NCBI GenBank assembly: GCA_038231955.1
Contig: JBBSIS010000001.1
Location: 1 to 48,335 of the forward strand
Length of the DNA stretch: 48,335 nt
Reading direction: 5' to 3'
DNA from: Acidimicrobiales bacterium
GTDB taxonomy: Bacteria > Actinomycetota > Acidimicrobiia > Acidimicrobiales > AC-14
Shown here: one piece after another, positions 16,731 through 25,576 of the stretch
Layout of the letters: each line of letters starts with the position of its first letter
How positions within the stretch are numbered: position 1 is the first letter of the stretch
Position numbers and translations under genes: made by a program
The notes under the pieces: model-generated
Database searches by the model: none
What the model was told of the DNA's origin: nothing
The model's input: the letters and a program-made list of their open reading frames with translations, nothing else

Positions 16731-17998
16731 CCCGCCTCGACCGCCTCGTAGAGGATCTTCTCGATCTCGGTGACCACCCGTTCCCGGGTGAAGTGCCCGT
16801 CGTAGTAGCGCCGGCCGTTTCGGCCCAGCGCGGCCAGTTCCTCCGCGCCGGCCCGAGAGAGGGCGAGGACCGCGTCGGCTAGGCGCTCGGGGGACTCCGC
16901 GCCGGTCACCACGCCCGCGCCCGACTCCTCGACGATGCGCGCCCCCTCACCGTCGAGGGCGGCCACGATGGGCTTGGCGCAGGCCATGTACGACTGCAGC
17001 TTGCTGGGAACCGTCCACGTGTACAGCGGGTCGCCGCGGAGCGACACGAGCAGCACATCGGCGGCGGAGAAGTAGCGGGGCATTGACTCGACCGGCCGGC
17101 GGCCGAGCAGGTGGACGGTGGACTGCAGGCCCCGGCGGTCGATCTCCCGCTGGACCCAGGCCTTCTGGCGACCGTCGCCCAGCACGACCCAGTGGACGCC
17201 GGCCTCGTGGCGCAGGCGCTCGGCGGCGGCGAGGATCGTCTCGAAGGACTGCGAGACGCCGATGTTGCCGGCGAACAGCACGCAGAACCCCTCGGGCAGC
17301 TCGCGACGCTCCGCCGCGTCGGCTGCCAGCTCGACCGGCCGGTAGAGGGCCTCGGCCCAGTTGGGCACGTAGGCCAGCCGCTCGGGGGCGACCCCCTGGG
17401 CCTCGATCCGGGGGACGAACGAGCGGGACTGGGCCAGCACGCGGTCGCAGTGCCGGTAGACCCACCGGGTCAGCCAGGCCACCGATTCGAGCACCTGCGT
17501 CGAGCTGACCGCGCCGGTGGCGGGCAGGATGTCGGGCCAGACGTCCTGCACCCACAGGACGAGGGGAGCCCGGCGCAGCCGGCGGAAGGCCACGGCCGGC
17601 AGCACCGAGGTGATCGGGGACGGCTCGTAGACGAAGATGACGTCGATGTCGCCCTTGATCCGTGCCGGCCCGAGGGTGGTGGCGGCCAGGGCGAATGAGG
17701 CGAAGTTGACCGCCAGGCGCCATCCCTTGCCCACGCCGCGTGGGATCAGGGGGACGCGCACGACCGGCACGCCGCCCTCGATCGTCTCCGACCACGGACC
17801 ACGGAGGCCGTATCCGGGGAACAGGCGGCCGGCGGGATAGTTGGGCAGGCCGGTGAGCACGACCACGTCATGGCTGCGCTCCTTCAGAGCCACCGCCAGG
17901 TCGGTGATCCGGAAGTCCTCCGGCCAGAAGTACTGGGTCAGCACCAGGATGCGCAACGGGCGCGGCAATTCGCCGACCGGCCTCGACCGCTTCCTCAC
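16727..17998 (-). CDS. Glycosyltransferase GT4, WbuB/WbjE-like (L-6-deoxy-HexNAc transferase type)
   Basis: LRILVLTQYFWPEDFRITDL..LTGLPNYPAGRLFPGY is the typical WbuB-family N-terminus. The start forms a GTGA overlap at 17995-17998. Confidence 0.8.
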   Translation of the reverse strand: MRKRSRPVGELPRPLRILVLTQYFWPEDFRITDLAVALKERSHDVVVLTGLPNYPAGRLFPGYGLRGPWSETIEGGVPVVRVPLIPRGVGKGWRLAVNFASFALAATTLGPARIKGDIDVIFVYEPSPITSVLPAVAFRRLRRAPLVLWVQDVWPDILPATGAVSSTQVLESVAWLTRWVYRHCDRVLAQSRSFVPRIEAQGVAPERLAYVPNWAEALYRPVELAADAAERRELPEGFCVLFAGNIGVSQSFETILAAAERLRHEAGVHWVVLGDGRQKAWVQREIDRRGLQSTVHLLGRRPVESMPRYFSAADVLLVSLRGDPLYTWTVPSKLQSYMACAKPIVAALDGEGARIVEESGAGVVTGAESPERLADAVLALSRAGAEELAALGRNGRRYYDGHFTRERVVTEIEKILYEAVEAG

Positions 17999-19008
17999 TG
18001 GGCGCCGAGCGGTTCGGGGACGGCGGGGTGGTGCATCAGCCGTTGCGGCAGACGCAGGTAGGTGACGACGACGGCGACACCGGCGATGTCGGCGGGGATC
18101 CGCCAGGCCGGGGCCCAGAGGGCGGCCATGGCCACGCCGACGAAGACGGCGGTGTAGGCGGCGGCGACCAGGGTGGTGGCCGTGTGCGACCAGCCCGAGC
18201 GGACCAGCTGTTGGTACACGTGGTCACGGTGGGGGAGGTACCAGGCCTCGCCCCGCAGGCGGCGGCGGACGAGGGTGCTGGCCGTGTCGGCCAGGCACAG
18301 GAAGAGGGGGAAGACGGCGGCCTCGGGCGGGACGCCGGCCCGGAGGCCGACGACGACCAGCACGCCCAGCCAGCCGCCGAAGAAGTAGCTGCCGACGTCG
18401 CCCAGGAACATCCGGGCGTTGGGGAAGTTGAAGGGCAGGAAGGCCAGGCCGGCGGCGGCGATGGCGGCCCCGCCCATCTGGAGGAAGGCCACGTCGCGGG
18501 CCTCGCCGATGATCCACCACGCCATGCCGGCCAGGACGACCTGGGCACCGGAGATCCCGTTGATGCCGTCCATGAAGTTGAACCCGTTCACGAAGGCCAC
18601 CAACCAGGACAGGCAGCCCAGGGCGAAGGTGACCCGCCACGCCGGGCTCCCGGAGATCCCGTGGAGCAGCCATACCAGCGAGCACCCAGCGACCGCGGCC
18701 TGCAGGAGGAGCCGCCGCATCGGCCCGATACCGTGGAGGTCCTCGGCCAGCCCCACAGCGCCGAACCCGCCGGCCACTAGGAGCAGGGCGAGGCGCTGGC
18801 GGGTGTCGCCGGCCGGCACGGCGGCCAGGGCCAGCAGGGCACCCAGGGCCGGCGCCACGCCGCCACCCCGCGGGGTGGGGCGGTCGTGGGACGAGCGGGC
18901 GCCGGGCACGTCGAGCACTCGGAACCGCCGCAGGCCCAGGAGCACGAGGGGGCCGGCCATGGCGGTGGCGAGGAAGGCGATCGTCGCGCTCTGGCCGGAA
19001 AGACTCAT
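17995..19008 (-). CDS. Polyprenyl-phosphate HexNAc-1-phosphate transferase (WecA/WbpL/MraY family)
   Basis: This is a 337-aa polytopic protein with FNFMDGINGISG and DVGSYFFG motifs. Confidence 0.85.
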   Translation of the reverse strand: MSLSGQSATIAFLATAMAGPLVLLGLRRFRVLDVPGARSSHDRPTPRGGGVAPALGALLALAAVPAGDTRQRLALLLVAGGFGAVGLAEDLHGIGPMRRLLLQAAVAGCSLVWLLHGISGSPAWRVTFALGCLSWLVAFVNGFNFMDGINGISGAQVVLAGMAWWIIGEARDVAFLQMGGAAIAAAGLAFLPFNFPNARMFLGDVGSYFFGGWLGVLVVVGLRAGVPPEAAVFPLFLCLADTASTLVRRRLRGEAWYLPHRDHVYQQLVRSGWSHTATTLVAAAYTAVFVGVAMAALWAPAWRIPADIAGVAVVVTYLRLPQRLMHHPAVPEPLGAQ

Positions 19009-19027
19009 CGGCTCGTCACCGCCCCTC

Positions 19028-20992
19028 TCACGGGTACAGCTGGTCGGCCTGGTCGCGGGCCGCCTCCTGGGGTGTGGCGCACAGTCTGCGTAGGGCGACG
19101 ATCATACGAGGGTTGGAGTCCCATGCGTCCAGGCTCCGAGCGAGGAGCGGGTTGAGGGCGGGGACGGCCACGTGGGAGATGGCCGGGTGGAAGGGTCGGG
19201 CGTCGACCACGCCCGCTCCGAACAGTACCTCGTGTAGCTTCTCGCAGGCAAGAAGCCAGGTGTAGACGATCGTCGCCTCGTCGCCGGCCTGGGCGCACAC
19301 CCATTCGGCCACCTCGGCGATGCGCACCGGGGACCCCATGTCGAGCACCAGGGATTCACCCGGTCGCCCGATCATCCCAGCCTGGATGACCAGCTCCACC
19401 GCCTCCTCGATGGTCATGAAGTAGCGCGAGACGTCGGGGTCGGTCACGGTCAGTGGTCGTCCCGCATTGAGCTGCGCCTGGAAGGTGGTGAGCACCGACC
19501 CGCTGCTGCCCAGGACGTTGCCGAAGCGCACGCTCATGAACAGGCCGTCGTTCTGGCGGGCGACGTGGGTGGTGAGCCTTTCGGCGATCCGCTTGGAGTA
19601 GCCGAGGACGCTGACCGGGTCGGCCGCCTTGTCCGTGGAGATGTTGACGAACCGCTCGACTTGGGTGGCGGCAGCGGCCTCGAGCACGGCAAGGGTGCCC
19701 CACACGTTGGTCTTGATGGCCTCGCCGGGTGCCCGCTCGAGCAGCGGGAGGTGCTTCAGGGCCGCGGCGTGGAAGACGACCTCGGGCCGGCGCTCCTCGA
19801 AGAGCCGGGTGAGCAGTTCGACGTCACGGATGTCGCACAGGACGATATTGTCCGTGTCGAGCAGGGCACGTCCCTCGATGGAGAGCTGGACGGCGTGCAG
19901 CCCCGACTCGTCGCGGTCCAGCATGATCAGCTCGGCCGGACCGTACCCGGCGATCTGGCGACACAGCTCGGAGCCGATCGAGCCACCGGCCCCGGTCACC
20001 AGCACCCGCTTGCCCGTGAGGTACCCGGCGGCGGCGGCGACGTCGGTGCGGACCGGATGCCGGCCGAGCACGTCGGAGACCTCGATGTCGCGGATATCGG
20101 ACACGCCGACCCCGTGGTCGAGCAGCTCCCGAAGCGGCGGGAGCACCTTGACCAGCAGCCCGGCGCGGCCGGCCAGGTCGCTCACCTCGGCGATCAGGTC
20201 CGACGCCGCGCTGGGCATGGCGATGAGCACCCCGTCGGCATGCAGGCGGTCGGCGGCCCGCTCCAAGTCGGCCCGGGTGCCCACCACCGGCACGCCCATG
20301 ACCCGCAGGCTCCGTCGGGACGGGTCGTCGTCGAGCATGCCGACCGGGTAGAAGGGGCTGCTCCGGTCGCTGAGCATGGCGACGACGGCCTGCACGCCGC
20401 CCTCGCCGGCGCCGAACACCAGGAGCCGGGTGCTGCCGGCGCCCGTCGGTCGCTCGGCCAGCTCCACCTGCAGCCGTCGGGCGGAGCGGGCCCCACCGGC
20501 CAGGACGAAGAAGATGAAGGCGGTGCCGATGATCGACGTCGGGCCGATCGGCTTCTCGGCAAGGCCGTTGAGGACGAGGAGGGTCGCGGTGGAGAGGCCA
20601 ACGCTGGCGGCGAGGGCGGCCACCTCGTCGAAGGAGGCGCAGCGCCAGCGTCCGACGTAGAGCCCGGTGGCGATGCCGCTGACGAACTGGACCAGGACGA
20701 CGGCCCCCACCGCAGTCACCGCGCTTCCCCGGTGCAGCCCGTCGAGCTGGAGGTTGGACCAGGCCACGACGGCGAAGGCAATGGCCAGGGCCCACATGGC
20801 GCTGTCGACGCCGAACTGGAGGAGCCCGTCGCGAGTCACTGTGAGTGGTCCGGGGAACGCCCGGCCGCGCTGATGCCGCTCCACCACCGAAGGCCCCCCG
20901 GCTACCGGCTCGACGATCCCCCGACGGCCTGCCCGCGGCAAGACCTGCTCGACTCGGCTCACCCCGTCCGCCGCCTTCCCACCCTCTGCCAT
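19028..20992 (-). CDS. Membrane-anchored polysaccharide biosynthesis protein, CapD/WbpM/PglF-like UDP-HexNAc 4,6-dehydratase
   Basis: N-terminal TM helices are followed by LVFGAGEGG and VLVTGAGGSIGSELCRQI Rossmann motifs. The protein is 654 aa. Confidence 0.85.
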   Translation of the reverse strand: MAEGGKAADGVSRVEQVLPRAGRRGIVEPVAGGPSVVERHQRGRAFPGPLTVTRDGLLQFGVDSAMWALAIAFAVVAWSNLQLDGLHRGSAVTAVGAVVLVQFVSGIATGLYVGRWRCASFDEVAALAASVGLSTATLLVLNGLAEKPIGPTSIIGTAFIFFVLAGGARSARRLQVELAERPTGAGSTRLLVFGAGEGGVQAVVAMLSDRSSPFYPVGMLDDDPSRRSLRVMGVPVVGTRADLERAADRLHADGVLIAMPSAASDLIAEVSDLAGRAGLLVKVLPPLRELLDHGVGVSDIRDIEVSDVLGRHPVRTDVAAAAGYLTGKRVLVTGAGGSIGSELCRQIAGYGPAELIMLDRDESGLHAVQLSIEGRALLDTDNIVLCDIRDVELLTRLFEERRPEVVFHAAALKHLPLLERAPGEAIKTNVWGTLAVLEAAAATQVERFVNISTDKAADPVSVLGYSKRIAERLTTHVARQNDGLFMSVRFGNVLGSSGSVLTTFQAQLNAGRPLTVTDPDVSRYFMTIEEAVELVIQAGMIGRPGESLVLDMGSPVRIAEVAEWVCAQAGDEATIVYTWLLACEKLHEVLFGAGVVDARPFHPAISHVAVPALNPLLARSLDAWDSNPRMIVALRRLCATPQEAARDQADQLYP

Positions 20993-21145
20993 GTGCGTGA
21001 AACCGATCCCCAGTCCGAGACGTTCCCAACGCTTGGCTTACAGCCAGCCGCCCTGCTCAATCGCCCAGGCAACGCTCCTCGACCTCTGCGTAGGTGCTGA
21101 AAGAGTACAGCCTTGCTCAGAAACACGGCCTGCGGCCTGGTGTGG

Positions 21146-21670
21146 TCAGCACGAACGGTCGGCGTAGGCTTGGACCAGGCCGAACAACTCGTGCACGGCC
21201 ACCCGCGCGTGGGTCACCATCGCGATGGCCGACCGCCCGGGTGACGCATGGATCGGCCCCGGGAAGCAGTGGCGCAGCAGGAGGTGGGCGCGAGCGGCGT
21301 GGTAGGTCGACGTGACCATCAGCAAGCTGCGCCAGTGCTGCTCCCGGGCGAGGGCGGCGAACTCCCTGGCCTCGTCGTGCGTGCTCGGCTGTGGGGGGAT
21401 TCGGAGCAGGCGGACACCCTCGGGGAGGGACGGATCGGGGGGCACGCCCGTGGGCCGCTCGGCCAACACGAGCACCGGGGCCCGGCCGGCGCGGATGAGG
21501 TCGAGCGCGGCGCTGAGGCGCTCGCCATGGTCTCCGCCGAACACCACCACCGCGTCGGCGTCGGTCGTCCGGGAGACGGAAGGCCAGGCGGCCGCCATCC
21601 CGAACCCGGCCAGGAGCACCGCGGCGACGGCCGGAGTGAGCACCAGTGCCGAGATCCGCCTCCGCCGCAT
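21146..21670 (-). CDS. DUF218 (YdcF/ElyC/SanA-like) protein
   Basis: It starts at ATG 21670 (MRRRRISALVLTPAVAAVLLAG). AVVVFGGDHGERL and LMVTSTYHAARA motifs are present. Confidence 0.7.
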   Translation of the reverse strand: MRRRRISALVLTPAVAAVLLAGFGMAAAWPSVSRTTDADAVVVFGGDHGERLSAALDLIRAGRAPVLVLAERPTGVPPDPSLPEGVRLLRIPPQPSTHDEAREFAALAREQHWRSLLMVTSTYHAARAHLLLRHCFPGPIHASPGRSAIAMVTHARVAVHELFGLVQAYADRSC

Positions 21671-21731
21671 GACCGCGATGGTACGTGCTGGTTCCCGAAC
21701 AGTTATGGGGCCGGTGTGCGAGGATGCCGCG

Positions 21732-22868
21732 ATGGACGGCCGGCTCAAGGTTCTGACCCTCGTCGGAACCCGGCCCGAGATCATCAAGCTGAGCCGGATC
21801 GTGGCGCAGCTCCACCGCCACACCGAGCACGTCCTCGTCCACTCGGGCCAGAACTACGACTACGAGCTCAATGAAGTCTTCTTTTCCGAGCTCGAGCTGC
21901 GGCGACCCGATCACTACCTCGATGCGGTGGGCGGGAGCGTGGCCGAGACGATCGGCAACGTGATCATCCGCTTCGACCACGTCCTGGAGCAGGAGCAGCC
22001 TGATGCGCTCCTGCTCTACGGCGACACCAACACCTGCCTCGGGATCATTGCCGCCAAGCGCCGCAAGATCCCCGTCTTCCACATGGAGGCCGGCAACCGC
22101 TGTTTCGACCAGCGGGTGCCCGAGGAGCTCAACCGGAAGCTCGTCGACCACCTAAGCGACGTCAACATGACCAACTCCGAGCACGCCCGACGGTACCTGC
22201 TGGCCGAGGGTCTCCGGCCGGAGCTGGTGGTCAAGACCGGCTCGCCGATGAAGGAGGTGCTGGCCTACTACCGGCCCCGGGTGGAGGCGTCCGACGTGCT
22301 CGACCGGCTCGGGCTCCAGGCCGACGGGTACCTCCTCGTGAGCGCCCACCGGGAGGAGAACGTCGACAGCCCGTCCAAGCTCGCCGACCTGCTGGACTCC
22401 CTGCGGGGGATTTCCGACCGCTACGGACGCCCGGTCCTGGTCTCGACCCATCCCCGCACCCGCCAGCGCATGGAGGCGGCCGGGGTCGGCGGGGAGGGGG
22501 CGTCGACGGCCGGGATCGACTTCGCCAAGCCGTTCGGGTTCCCGGATTACGTCAAGCTGGAGACCAACGCGTTCTGCGTGCTGTCGGACAGTGGAACCCT
22601 CACGGAGGAAGCCGCCCTGCTCGGTTTTCCCGCCGTCATGCTGCGGGAGGCGCACGAGCGGCCCGAGGGCGTCGATGCCGGGGCGACGGTGATCAGCGGG
22701 CTGAAACGGGAGCGGATCCTGCAGGCGGTGGACCTGATGACATCCGCCGACGGGCGCCGCCACCCGCACGTCGTCCCAGACTACGAGGTGGACGACGTGG
22801 CTGACAAGGTCGTCCGCATCATACTCGGCTACGTCGACTACGTGAACCGGGTGGTGTGGTCGCGGTGA
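21732..22868 (+). CDS. UDP-N-acetylhexosamine 2-epimerase, CapG/FnlC/WbvD type (non-hydrolysing WecB fold)
   Basis: The sequence LKVLTLVGTRPEIIKLSRI..HSGQNYDYELNEVFF..FHMEAGNRCFDQRVPEE closely matches the CapG/FnlC pattern. An alternative ATG is at 21705. Confidence 0.85.
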   Translation: MDGRLKVLTLVGTRPEIIKLSRIVAQLHRHTEHVLVHSGQNYDYELNEVFFSELELRRPDHYLDAVGGSVAETIGNVIIRFDHVLEQEQPDALLLYGDTNTCLGIIAAKRRKIPVFHMEAGNRCFDQRVPEELNRKLVDHLSDVNMTNSEHARRYLLAEGLRPELVVKTGSPMKEVLAYYRPRVEASDVLDRLGLQADGYLLVSAHREENVDSPSKLADLLDSLRGISDRYGRPVLVSTHPRTRQRMEAAGVGGEGASTAGIDFAKPFGFPDYVKLETNAFCVLSDSGTLTEEAALLGFPAVMLREAHERPEGVDAGATVISGLKRERILQAVDLMTSADGRRHPHVVPDYEVDDVADKVVRIILGYVDYVNRVVWSR

Positions 22869-22928
22869 CCGGCGTCGATCGGCTGTCCGCAGGCTATCGT
22901 GCGCCCGATGGGCTTTGCACGGACGGCC

Positions 22929-23222
22929 ATGAAAATTTGGCTGGTGATGGTGGCAGGTGGGCTGGCCGGGGCAATCTGGGCGGGCTCCCCCGCCGGCGCG
23001 CAGAGCACCTACGTCGGGGTCACCCCGCCGCGGGTCGGCGCCGTCGACACGGGGGTCGTGACCCCCACACCCCAGGCCCAGCGGGCCGCCGTGCAGCCGA
23101 CCACCACCGCCCGAGGCCTGGCCCTGACCGGCGGCGATGTCATGGGTTTGATCGTCCTGGGTGGGGCGTGCGCCTCGGCCGGCGCGGCCGCCGTCCGCCT
23201 CAGCCGCCCCCGCCTGACCTAG
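22929..23222 (+). CDS. Small secreted protein with a C-terminal LAxTG sortase sorting signal
   Basis: The signal peptide is MKIWLVMVAGGLAGAIWAGSPAGA|QS. LALTG (23118-23132) is followed by a hydrophobic stretch and an RLSRPR tail. An alternative ATG is at 22899. Confidence 0.6.
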   Translation: MKIWLVMVAGGLAGAIWAGSPAGAQSTYVGVTPPRVGAVDTGVVTPTPQAQRAAVQPTTTARGLALTGGDVMGLIVLGGACASAGAAAVRLSRPRLT

Positions 23223-23247
23223 ACAGGCGCCGCCCGGGCCGCCTGTC
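23222..23247 (+). terminator. Hairpin overlapping the stop of the LAxTG gene (possible U-tract-less terminator)
   Basis: GACAGGCG (23222-23229) and CGCCTGTC (23240-23247) form a perfect 8-bp stem with a 10-nt loop. No T-run follows. Confidence 0.35.
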
Positions 23248-23522
23248 GCGAGCGTCTCCAGCCCGAACGACTGCAAATTGGCGTGATTTCGGTGACCAGA
23301 GTGCGCGGCGCGCAAACGACACGCCCTCCATTAACCCCGATCGTTCATGAGATGACCCGAGAAGACCCCGATCGTCTTGCCCGGCCAGTCCGGGTCGGCT
23401 TGGCGGGCATTCGGGCTCCGATCGAGTCGCAGCGACCACCATTCGTGGCTATCTGGCGGTTCACCTACGTTTCGGGCCGCGTGTCGTGACGATGGTGCCG
23501 GAGGGAGCGGAGGACGTCGCTC

Positions 23523-24200
23523 TCAGGCGATCTGGGCGATGCGCTCGTAGACCTCGAGCAGCGCCGAGGTGGCGTTGCACGTCGTGTCGCGCCCGACCAA
23601 TCGCGTCTTGTTGGCGAATCCGCCCACGTCGTCGGCGTGACCCGGGCCGTAGGGCCGTGCGCAGGTAGGAGTCGTTGACGAACTGGTCGACGTCGAGGTC
23701 GCCCAGGGCGTTCAGCGACTTCAGGCACGGTCGGCCTTGAGGGTGTCAACCAGCCGGGGCTTGATGGTGGGGTCGAAGGTCACCACGCCGTTCGGTCCGT
23801 TGAACAGGTACACGACCTCGGCCTCGATACCGGTGGCCTTAACCACCCGCTCGGCGGCGTCCATCGGCTTGGCGTGGATGTAGTCGCTGGGGTCTCCACC
23901 ACCGAGGCCAGGAACGCCTCGGTGACCTCGGGATGGGCGTCGGAGAAGGCCTTGCGACCGACGACGCCGTGCATGGTCGGCACGCCGGTGTCGCCGCCGT
24001 CGAACAGCTTGCGACCCTTGCCCCGACCATCAGGTCGGGCCAAGGAACGAACTGGGCCAGCGCCGCCGCCTGCCCCCCCTTCGCCGTGGAGAATCCTCTC
24101 GATCTACGTCGACCAGCCACCGGGCCGGATCCGCGCGGCGCGGACCGGGGAGATCGTTGGGGTCGGCATGGATGCAGCTTGCAGACCCGGCGTTACCCGG
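23523..24200 (-). pseudogene. Decayed ABC-transporter substrate-binding protein gene (NitT/TauT, NMT1/SsuA-like)
   Basis: Protein-like segments are spread over three frames: KLFDGGDTGVPTMHGVVGRKAFSDAHPEVTEAFLASVVE / DYIHAKPMDAAERVVKATGIEAEVVYLFNGPNGVVTFDPTIKPRLVDTLKADRA* / LKSLNALGDLDVDQFVNDSYLRTA / YGPGHADDVGGFANKTRLVGRDTTCNATSALLEVYERIAQIA*. The upstream (N-terminal) limit is uncertain. Confidence 0.55.
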
Positions 24201-24362
24201 CCGGGTCGGTCACGTGACACCCTGGTTACGCCATTCTGCTCACCGTCGCAGGCCCTGTGACCAGGGTGTTTCGCCTTGCTCGCCGGGCACCGCCACCCTT
24301 CGTGCCGCCGCCGGACGGTGAATCGCGAGTTGCGCGACCGCCGGCGGCGTGATTGTGTGCCG

Positions 24363-25382
24363 TCAGGTGATCCGGAAGCAGCGGTCGGCCAGGGAACCGA
24401 ACGAATAGGACGGGTAAAGGCCACCGAACATCGACCGCGTCCGTTCCGTCCACGCCAGGGCCTCGGGCGCGGAGATGCGGTGGACGATCTGGAGGATCCC
24501 GCCCTCGTAGATCCGGTACTCCGCCCACACACCCGGGAAGTCCTTGGTCGCCCCGATCTCGGCCCACGGTACGTCGCCCGTCTGGGGCAGGCGACGGACC
24601 AGGTTGCGGTGGCTGTGGCCGGCGAAGTAGCCGACGAGCGCGGGCCGGCGGACGAAGAGCTCGATCAGCCGGTCGGAGTCGGCGGCGTCGATGCCGACCG
24701 TGAACGCGGCGTGGTCGAAGATCGGATGGTGGCCGAAGACCAGGACGGGCGTGGCGTCGTCGGTGTCTGAGGCCAGGTCGTCGAGCCACGCCAGTTGCTC
24801 GTCAGTGACCCGGCCGCCGGTCTGGGCCGGCACCGCGGTGTCGAGCACGGCCAGTCGGGCGCCGGCCACCTTGACCAGCTCGGTGGCCCGCCGCCCCTTG
24901 GGCGGAGGTTCGGAGACACCGCAGACGTCGTGGTTGCCGTTGGTCCAGTGCATGCGGTCGCCGAAAGGCGCCTCGAAGATGTCGAGGAACGTCGCGAGCT
25001 CGGCCGCCGCGCCCCGGGCGGTGAGGTCGCCCTTGGCGATGACCACGTCGACGTGGCGCGCCGCCATCTCCGCGGCGGCCGCCCCCGCCATGGTCTCCGG
25101 GTAGGGCGGCTCTCCGGGTTCGGCCCGCAGGCCCGGTCCGAGGTTGACACCCTCGTAGTGGCCGCACTCGGTCTCGCCGATGTGGACGTCGCTCACCGTG
25201 GCGACAGTGGAGAGGAGCTGACCGGTCGGCCGGGACAGGGTGCGAACGGTCATCCCCTCGACGGTCTGTTCCTTGCCCGGCCGCAGCCCGTCGACCCGGA
25301 TCACCTTTTCCCCGTCGTGGAAGACGGCTTCGGTGTCGGTGACGGTGGTCAGCTCCACCGGTAGGTCCCGGTTCGCTCCCAT
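24363..25382 (-). CDS. Metallophosphoesterase (calcineurin-like)
   Basis: SDVHIGE, GDLTARG, TNGNHDV, VFGHHP and AGHSHRN motifs are present. The start is ATG 25382. Alternative GTG starts are at 25358 or 25454. Confidence 0.8.
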   Translation of the reverse strand: MGANRDLPVELTTVTDTEAVFHDGEKVIRVDGLRPGKEQTVEGMTVRTLSRPTGQLLSTVATVSDVHIGETECGHYEGVNLGPGLRAEPGEPPYPETMAGAAAAEMAARHVDVVIAKGDLTARGAAAELATFLDIFEAPFGDRMHWTNGNHDVCGVSEPPPKGRRATELVKVAGARLAVLDTAVPAQTGGRVTDEQLAWLDDLASDTDDATPVLVFGHHPIFDHAAFTVGIDAADSDRLIELFVRRPALVGYFAGHSHRNLVRRLPQTGDVPWAEIGATKDFPGVWAEYRIYEGGILQIVHRISAPEALAWTERTRSMFGGLYPSYSFGSLADRCFRIT

Positions 25383-25576
25383 CGCCGGCCTGACAACCGC
25401 CAAGAGCCCGGCGCCGGTGTCGCCACGTCGGCAACCGGGGCCTGCTGAGCCCACAGCGCGGCGAGGGCGACGGCGATGGCCGTCACCTCCGGCGGCACCC
25501 GCTCACCCTCCTGCTCAGAGCTGCCGGGTCGCTGCGGTCCGCCGCTGCGCGTCGGTCCTCGCTCAGAGGGGGACAT
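25349..25576 (-). CDS. Putative acyl-CoA carboxylase epsilon subunit
   Basis: This 75-aa ORF starts at ATG 25576, which overlaps the pccB stop by 14 nt. The core PPEVTAIAVALAALWAQQ and the distal GSWRLSG resemble AccE/PccE-type peptides. Confidence 0.45.
   Translation of the reverse strand: MSPSERGPTRSGGPQRPGSSEQEGERVPPEVTAIAVALAALWAQQAPVADVATPAPGSWRLSGRRWERTGTYRWS

Noticed and set aside
21117-22151. 344-aa minus ORF, and the 5' extension (21312..21731) of the 2-epimerase ORF
   Set aside because: They overlap the well-supported DUF218 and FnlC-type genes in other frames. Their products are compositionally biased and carry no motifs.
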